The notes under the pieces are model-generated. The model was not told the origin of the DNA. It worked only from the letters and a program-made list of their open reading frames with translations, and did not search any database. From Ginkgo biloba (lineage: Eukaryota > Plantae > Ginkgophyta), in the NCBI GenBank assembly GCA_024626585.2, contig JANKJI020000002.1, positions 252,538,513-252,554,928 on the forward strand: a DNA stretch of 16,416 bases, in the 5' to 3' direction. The translations under genes were made by a program, and so were the position numbers. Below, in pieces: positions 9,752 through 16,416 of this stretch (position 1 is the stretch's first letter; every line of letters begins with the position of its first letter).

Positions 9752-11049
9752 CAGATTGGTAGACAAGAGGCTCATTATAGAAAACAATCCAACCCTCTAA
9801 GGTTATACACAAACCCCATTGTCAATAGCCCAAAAGTATGCATGCAAGAGCAAAAATAAAGCCTAATACAGAGGTCTAATCACAACTATACTCTATTAGA
9901 CAATCTAACAAACAAAGCACCTAGCTTATTACTGAATTCTTGAACAATACATGTTTGTTGTGTCATCACCATAAGCCTCTTGGACATTATTTTGCAGTGC
10001 ATACTTATTCAGCATAGTTTCCTATATTTCTTCCCCATGAAGTAATGCACTACCTCATGCCATCCTCAATCTCTATCAAAATGCCATTCCACCATTCTCA
10101 AGTAGGCCCTTTGATTCTAGATCTTGTTTATGATCACTTTGATTGTGATGTTCTTTTGTTGAATTAGCTTTCACCTAGCATATGTAGGGTCTTGGATCAC
10201 TAAGGGAGCCTACGTCTACACCTACCAACAAGGATTTTTCATAAGAATCTTCTTTACCAATCAAGTTTATGTTTTGTTGGAAGGGATAAAAGAATACCTT
10301 CCCCAATGGACCAACATTTATGCTGAGCTAAGAAGAAAATACAATTATTTTTCAGGTGAGCATCCCAATCAAACATTTAAGAACTTTTTTTTTGAGAAAG
10401 AGTTGGTGAAATCCATGAGCACTCTTCTATTTGAGCATTGAACAACATGTGATAAACATTATATGTACTTGCAAACACTTTAATTATTTCAATAATAGAA
10501 TTCCTTCTCCATATTTCCTTCAATATGTCCACTTCGGCTATTTATAATTCTAAAACTGACCTTCAAATGAGAGATTATAAAAATCCATAGCAGTGATTCA
10601 TGTGCAAAAAGGAAGGAATATATTATATTAATGCTGCAATAACCAAAGCAGTCAATTAATAGACAAAGAGAATGAAGATATATAAAGTCCATTACACATA
10701 ATTAACTATATACAAGACGAATAAAATCATGCTATAGTCCACTTAAGTTTGGGTTTGACCTAAAAAAGCATTTCAAAAACTGAAATTCCACAAAACTGCT
10801 TCAGAAACTCCCGTCCTTTTCCCAAAATGTTTTGCGACCATTTCTAGGAGTTTTCCCACATGAAAGAAAGAATGGTCTTTTCAGCTATTTCTTGCAATAG
10901 GTATGGATGCAGTCCACACTGCTCAAACATAACTTGAAATTGATCTAAAATCCATAATAATAGCATGCAATTAAAAAGTTACCTAAAGACAAAAATAATC
11001 TGAAAGATAAAGTAACTACCTTTACCTATAATGTCCATTGTTTTTTCAT

Positions 11050-11062
11050 TGTGTGTGTGTGT
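11050..11062. repeat. (TG)n microsatellite
   Basis: tgtgtgtgtgtgt read directly. Confidence 0.8.
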
Positions 11063-12409
11063 AAAACCATCCATTTCACTTTCTTACCTACAATACTTGT
11101 CTTACCAAATGGTGATTTCAGAATCATTTCTATCATTGTAGAATACATTACTATCATGGTAAAAAAACTTTTCTATAAGGTTTACTTTGGGGGATGGTTC
11201 CTCAGATGACTGATTACTTNNNNNNNNNNNNNNNNNNNNNNNNNNNNNNNNNNNNNNNNNNNNNNNTATAAAATAGATTATATTATAATATATTTTATTA
11301 TATCAATTAAGAGAATAATTAGTTTTCTTTTGGTTATAAGTTAGTTGAGATTTTTCATAGTATTTATATGTCAAATTTGATGGATCAAATTGATAGAGAA
11401 TGACTACTTTGTATTGATGTCTAAGTCAATACAAACTTTAGTGCATCCATTTATTTCAAATATTTGATAGGAACCCAAAATTTACAAGTCACTTATGGCA
11501 ATAATTGTTCATACTAGTAGGTACAAGATTCAATATGATCATAGCATATCATTTGCAAATAAATAGTCAAAGTGAAATAATGAATAAATTCCTTCAAGGA
11601 TACCTACATATTTATATATGAAACAAGAAAGGAAAATGGGTGAAATTTCTTGCATGATATCCAGATGGCTTGCTTGAAATCCATCATTGAATGGTTCTCC
11701 TATTGTGGACAAGGGGCAGTAATCTTGATAGTATATAATGGTTCGATTACCTTGCAATCTAACGGTCATATGACTGTCAAGATGCTCTTGTGTGTCTAAA
11801 TAGTAAAAGTCTACTCTTCAAGGACAAACGATGGTTCAAGGGTAGAATTTGAGATGAAACAGGGCCTGACGTTGAGTAGGAAAACAGGTGTGAAACAAGA
11901 TCTCTCTAACTATGACATTCAGCTGACAAACATGTGTGCAGGGGAATTATTCCCATGGCCAACAATGGAATAGCTGACCGAATACTATTACTCCTAAGAA
12001 ACTAGCACACCTACACCTACAACCCATAAACTGTAACCTGGCCCATGGTATATGATACTATTTATGTGTTAATCTATAAACATTGTATTGTTCACATGTC
12101 AGTTCATAGGATGCCGATGGCGGACTGGTACAAGAAAAACAATACAGTAAACCAAAAGCAATTTTTTCTCGTTGACACTTTGTATGCTCAAGGAACAAGC
12201 AACGTTTTTAGGAAAACCTGCATGTCTGTCAACCAAAACCTCAAGATATAATGAACTGCTACAGAATAGACTTGTGGAGAAAAGGAAAAAAATGAACAAA
12301 AAAGAAATAAATATTGAATTGACAACCGCTTGATAGCATGGATGCATGAGAAGAATAAGATGAGAACATAAATATTTATTGTAGCTAGAATGAAAAGTAT
12401 AGGACATAC

Positions 12410-12504
12410 TTGTCTATAACCAATTGCACGAGATGCACAACTTGTGTTAGGAAGAATTCCCAAATCTAGAAGCCAAGAAGCTTCTGCCAAAAGTCCACCA
12501 CTTC
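12410..12504 (-). CDS. IPT9: Internal coding exon of tRNA dimethylallyltransferase (tRNA isopentenyltransferase, IPT9/MiaA class)
   Basis: Minus strand: polypyrimidine acceptor ttttttttccgcttttttggcAG, then GA+SGGLLAEASWLLDLGILPNTSCASRAIGYRQ, then donor GTATGT. The peptide matches my recollection of plant IPT9 (G.L.EA.WLLDLG.LPN...A.RAIGYRQ) and contains the MiaA-family AIGY motif. 95 nt, phase 1 to phase 0. Confidence 0.93.
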
Positions 12505-13256
12505 CTGCCAAAAAAGCGGAAAAAAAATGTCGTCACTTTGAAAATAAGCCTGGAATTTTCACTAGAGTATTATTCAATTTAATTTGATCCCAGGAAATTA
12601 AAATATGCTTGTATGTAAATTCCATATCTACTATATTCAACAGTTGTCCAAATTTTAGAATAACTGAGAAAATGAGAGTCCCAGGGGCTGCTTCATACAC
12701 CAACTACCAACAATGGCAGAAAATTTTTAATCGCATATTTTGATCATCCCCCAAAAGCATGGATATATGCTAACTTAGCTTTTGTATGTTTCAAATCTAG
12801 CACAGAGATCATTGTGTCAATTTACAATATTATATACAAGAGAAATGCCCCCTACTAACAATACTAGGGAATTGCATTGCATTCATGAAAACTACCTGTT
12901 AAGTATATGATATAGCAGACCTTCTCCTATAGGCTGGGACCTGCAACTACAGGATGGCTCCAAGACATGATTGATGTCAGCCACAAGCACAATCATTACA
13001 CTACCTAAGCCCTGGTGCCAGGTTTTTGCAGGGATTTACTCGTTCAACAAATGATGACAAGGTAGGAAGGGTTTCTTCTATTGTTTGGCCTCAAGGATCA
13101 CGAACAGGGTTACACACATGCTTTCTAACAAATACACCCCAAAACCACCAATAGCATCAGGTCCTTTTCATAGCACAACTCCAAAAATGTGAGAGAATCA
13201 AGCCAACAATTCTACCTTTTTGGTGGAGGTCTCACCACCACAGGCTAATGGCATGC

Positions 13257-13272
13257 CTCTCTCTCTCTCTCT
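13257..13272. repeat. (CT)n microsatellite running into a gap of about 630 N
   Basis: ctctctctctctctct directly before the N run. Confidence 0.85.
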
Positions 13273-14296
13273 NNNNNNNNNNNNNNNNNNNNNNNNNNNN
13301 NNNNNNNNNNNNNNNNNNNNNNNNNNNNNNNNNNNNNNNNNNNNNNNNNNNNNNNNNNNNNNNNNNNNNNNNNNNNNNNNNNNNNNNNNNNNNNNNNNNN
13401 NNNNNNNNNNNNNNNNNNNNNNNNNNNNNNNNNNNNNNNNNNNNNNNNNNNNNNNNNNNNNNNNNNNNNNNNNNNNNNNNNNNNNNNNNNNNNNNNNNNN
13501 NNNNNNNNNNNNNNNNNNNNNNNNNNNNNNNNNNNNNNNNNNNNNNNNNNNNNNNNNNNNNNNNNNNNNNNNNNNNNNNNNNNNNNNNNNNNNNNNNNNN
13601 NNNNNNNNNNNNNNNNNNNNNNNNNNNNNNNNNNNNNNNNNNNNNNNNNNNNNNNNNNNNNNNNNNNNNNNNNNNNNNNNNNNNNNNNNNNNNNNNNNNN
13701 NNNNNNNNNNNNNNNNNNNNNNNNNNNNNNNNNNNNNNNNNNNNNNNNNNNNNNNNNNNNNNNNNNNNNNNNNNNNNNNNNNNNNNNNNNNNNNNNNNNN
13801 NNNNNNNNNNNNNNNNNNNNNNNNNNNNNNNNNNNNNNNNNNNNNNNNNNNNNNNNNNNNNNNNNNNNNNNNNNNNNNNNNNNNNNNNNNNNNNNNNNNN
13901 NNNNNTGGCAAGCCTCATGTTGAGCACATGCAAAAAAAAAAAAAAAATGTCATTTAATATCCTATTTGATTCATTTTGATACAAGCGCTTCAAAAAATTA
14001 TATCTCAACCCTTAGTTGAAGGTCACCCGATCCAAGCTTTGAGTCAGCTAATTAGCCCCATGCTAGACTGTGACATCTCCCAATGCCCTCTAAAGATCAT
14101 TGTCCATAATGATGGAAGGTTACTTATCTATGTCNNNNNNNNNNNNNNNNNNNNNNNNNNNNNNNNNNNNNNNNNNNNNNNNNNNNNNNNNNNNNNNNNN
14201 NNNNNNNNNNNNNNNNNNNCAATCTCAACTGTCCTATGCTATGACACCACTATCCGAATTCTTTTCTCTCGCATATAAAGACTGTATATGGTCAAC

Positions 14297-14830
14297 TCTT
14301 GTTGACAAATCAACAAAGCCTTCTTCCAACATTTTTGAATCTGCTCCTCTTCCTCTTCCTTCTTGGCATGGCTAAATCAATATGGGAACTTGTAAGTAGG
14401 TCGGGATCCATCCTCCAATCTATCTAGTCTTCCACTTCCCATTCTATGTGCAACCTCTTTGGAAGTACATTGAGAAATACATCCTCATATTCAACTAACA
14501 ATGTTGACATTTCATCTCAAATCTTCTCGGTCTTCTTTTCTTCCTATGGTACCTCCTTCACAAATAGCCCAAATGCTTACCTATTTGATTTCCTAACCAT
14601 CCTCTTATGTTGTACCATTGAAACCAACAAGATTTGCTTTGAGTCACAATCACCGATGGCTCCAACTTCTTACCCTTGTGGAAGAGCAAGATGCTATCCC
14701 TTGCTAAGATGTGGATCTCATACACTTGTAGCCACTTCTACCCCAAGATTATGTCATAACAACTAATCTTCATAATGTCAAAATCTAGATGGTCTTCATA
14801 TTCTTGAATAGGGATAGGAACTTTCACAAG
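14297..14830 (-). mobile_element. Ty3/gypsy pol remnant (aspartic protease C-terminus to RT N-terminus), pseudogenised
   Basis: Minus-strand translation: YEDHLDFDIMKISCYDIILG*KWLQ (protease DxILGxxWL), then LLVEYEDVFLNVLPKRL..EWEVED*ID/EDGSRPTYKFPY*FSHAKKEEEEEQIQ/MLEEGFVDLS. This is the typical gypsy pre-RT pattern, with PR directly followed by RT. Confidence 0.88.
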
Positions 14831-15920
14831 AAATTGCTCTTATGACAGTGTCTCCCATCCATCAACTAAATTCAGCCTATTATAGCCTAGACTTTTGCAA
14901 ATTTGGCCTTGAAATAAGGGTCAAGGATAAGGGCACTCCAAAACTAGCCTTGGAAGACATGCCAAAACCTAATCTTAATGATTGGGCCCTGTTATATATT
15001 TTGCACAAGATGATAAAACCCCATGTAGAAGTGTAAAATAAACCCCATGGAGAAAATTGTGAAGAACAAGGCCAACTGGACATTTCAGCTAGGGGAGCCT
15101 ACCTTCAAGAAGTAACTAGAGAATTGAAGTGCCACAAAGGGCGNNNNNNNNNNNNNNNNNNNNNNNNNNNNNNNNNNNNNNNNNNNNNNNNNNNNNNNNN
15201 NNNNNNNNNNNNNNNNNNNNNNNNNNNNNNNNNNNNNNNNNNNACAAAATTTAAAATTCTACAAGCTTTGCACCACTCCAAAATGAATGATGGACAAGCT
15301 TTTAAAATAGAAATTAGCACCAAGTGGAACTCATGGGAATGGAATTGGTGCCATCGGGTGTATGATGGAGCAATTGGAATCTCTGCTCTCTCTATGACGA
15401 GCTCGACCATACGACATGTTGGCAATGTCGATTGCGCCTAGAAATCCCTCTATCACAAGGTACCTGTTTTTCATTCTTCCTATGCTCTTGCGACTACACA
15501 GGATTTGAAGTAGTGACCACTCACAAAGCAACAGGGCAAGTTGCCAGATACTATTATGTTAAGGTAAATTTTATGTTATGATATGATGTGTGTCAATTAA
15601 ATGGTCTGAGGTTAAATCTGTGAGGAGTGTCAGTAATATTGTTATGGAGTGTATCATCTTCTAAGGAAGCCTGGGGATATGAAAACTTGNNNNNNNNNNN
15701 NNNNNNNNNNNNNNNNNGATGTTGAAAAATTCTCAATATTTTTATTAGAGATCCATTAGTTTATTTATGCTCTCAGGGCGTAGTGATATATTTTCAAATT
15801 TAAAGTTTTAAATGCAAATTCTGAAAGAATGATTTAGATGTCAAACTATCCACTTAGTCTCAAATAATTTTCACTTCTTTTTTCCGCCATTAGGTATGGA
15901 GATTCTGTAAATTTGGTAGG

Positions 15921-15970
15921 AAATATTAGACAGACGATTGCATTAAATATTAGACATAGACGATTGCGTT
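15921..15970. repeat. Tandem duplication of 24/26 nt
   Basis: aaatattagacagacgattgcatt followed by aaatattagacatagacgattgcgtt, next to a gap. Confidence 0.75.
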
Positions 15971-16416
15971 ATNNNNNNNNNNNNNNNNNNNNNNNNNNNN
16001 NNNNNNNNNNNNNNNNNNNNNNNNNNNNNNNNNNNNNNNNNNNNNATAATATTTTAGCTTATAGTAAGAATCTACAAGTGGCGTTTAACACTATTTTTCA
16101 CAGAGTTTAGGGGTAAGCACACTAATCGCTATAATGAAATTACAATGTTGGGCTCATATCTATACTATCCACTTAACGTGGACCCCAAAAAAATTAAAAT
16201 ATAAAAAAATAGATCTCTCGCTACACAAATAGGCATTGGAACTGACCATTGCGGTGCTTTCTGATCATTTTACACAGTCGAATTGAATGTATTATTGGAT
16301 ATGGTAATACATTCCCTAATTGCCAACAAAGATTTTCATTGCCTGTGGCAATTATTTGTCACAAGCAACGTACTAGTTCAAGACTAAAGAGAGAGAATTG
16401 CACATCTGCCAAATTT

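Larger units (their letters stand above)
8628..12409 (-). other. GT-AG intron (about 3.8 kb including gaps) between the two IPT9 exons
   Basis: GT at 12409-12408 and AG at 8629-8628 on the minus strand. The flanking exons are contiguous in the protein. Confidence 0.88.

Noticed and set aside
11516-11603. Acceptor-like ttttcctttcttgtttc...atgtAG on the minus strand, a possible extra exon
   Set aside because: All frames stop quickly and none resembles IPT9. The two real exons already join contiguously.
12188-12511. 107-aa ORF taken as a standalone gene
   Set aside because: Only 12410-12504 resembles IPT9 and it is bounded by splice sites. The rest is intron read-through.
13198-14008. Long ORFs of 237-258 aa in the ORF track
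   Set aside because: They consist almost entirely of N-gap X residues and are artefacts.

Overview
AT-rich, gapped eukaryotic (land-plant) genomic DNA. The window appears to lie inside one minus-strand host gene, a tRNA dimethylallyltransferase of the IPT9/MiaA class. Two 95-nt coding exons are visible (12410-12504 and 8533-8627). They have canonical GT-AG boundaries and splice in frame to ...SGGLLAEASWLLDLGILPNTSCASRAIGYRQ|AMEYLLRCREAGGASSEKEFYAFLSDFQKAS(R). The rest looks like intron filled with decayed transposable elements: an LTR plus tRNA-Met PBS (932-1921), the 5' part of a LINE (ORF1 plus APE endonuclease, about 2335-3786), two copia-like remnants with Met PBSs pointing away from each other (about 5950-6400 and 7308-7920), and a gypsy protease/RT remnant (about 14297-14830). 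Very long TE-filled introns suggest a large-genome plant such as a gymnosperm (inference). I found no convincing novel multi-gene system. The most unusual items are the LINE's non-plant-L1-type ORF1 with an in-frame UGA junction to ORF2, and a hairpin conserved between two diverged LTR copies. Most ORFs in the supplied track are spurious or run through N gaps. All calls were made by eye, with no database searches.
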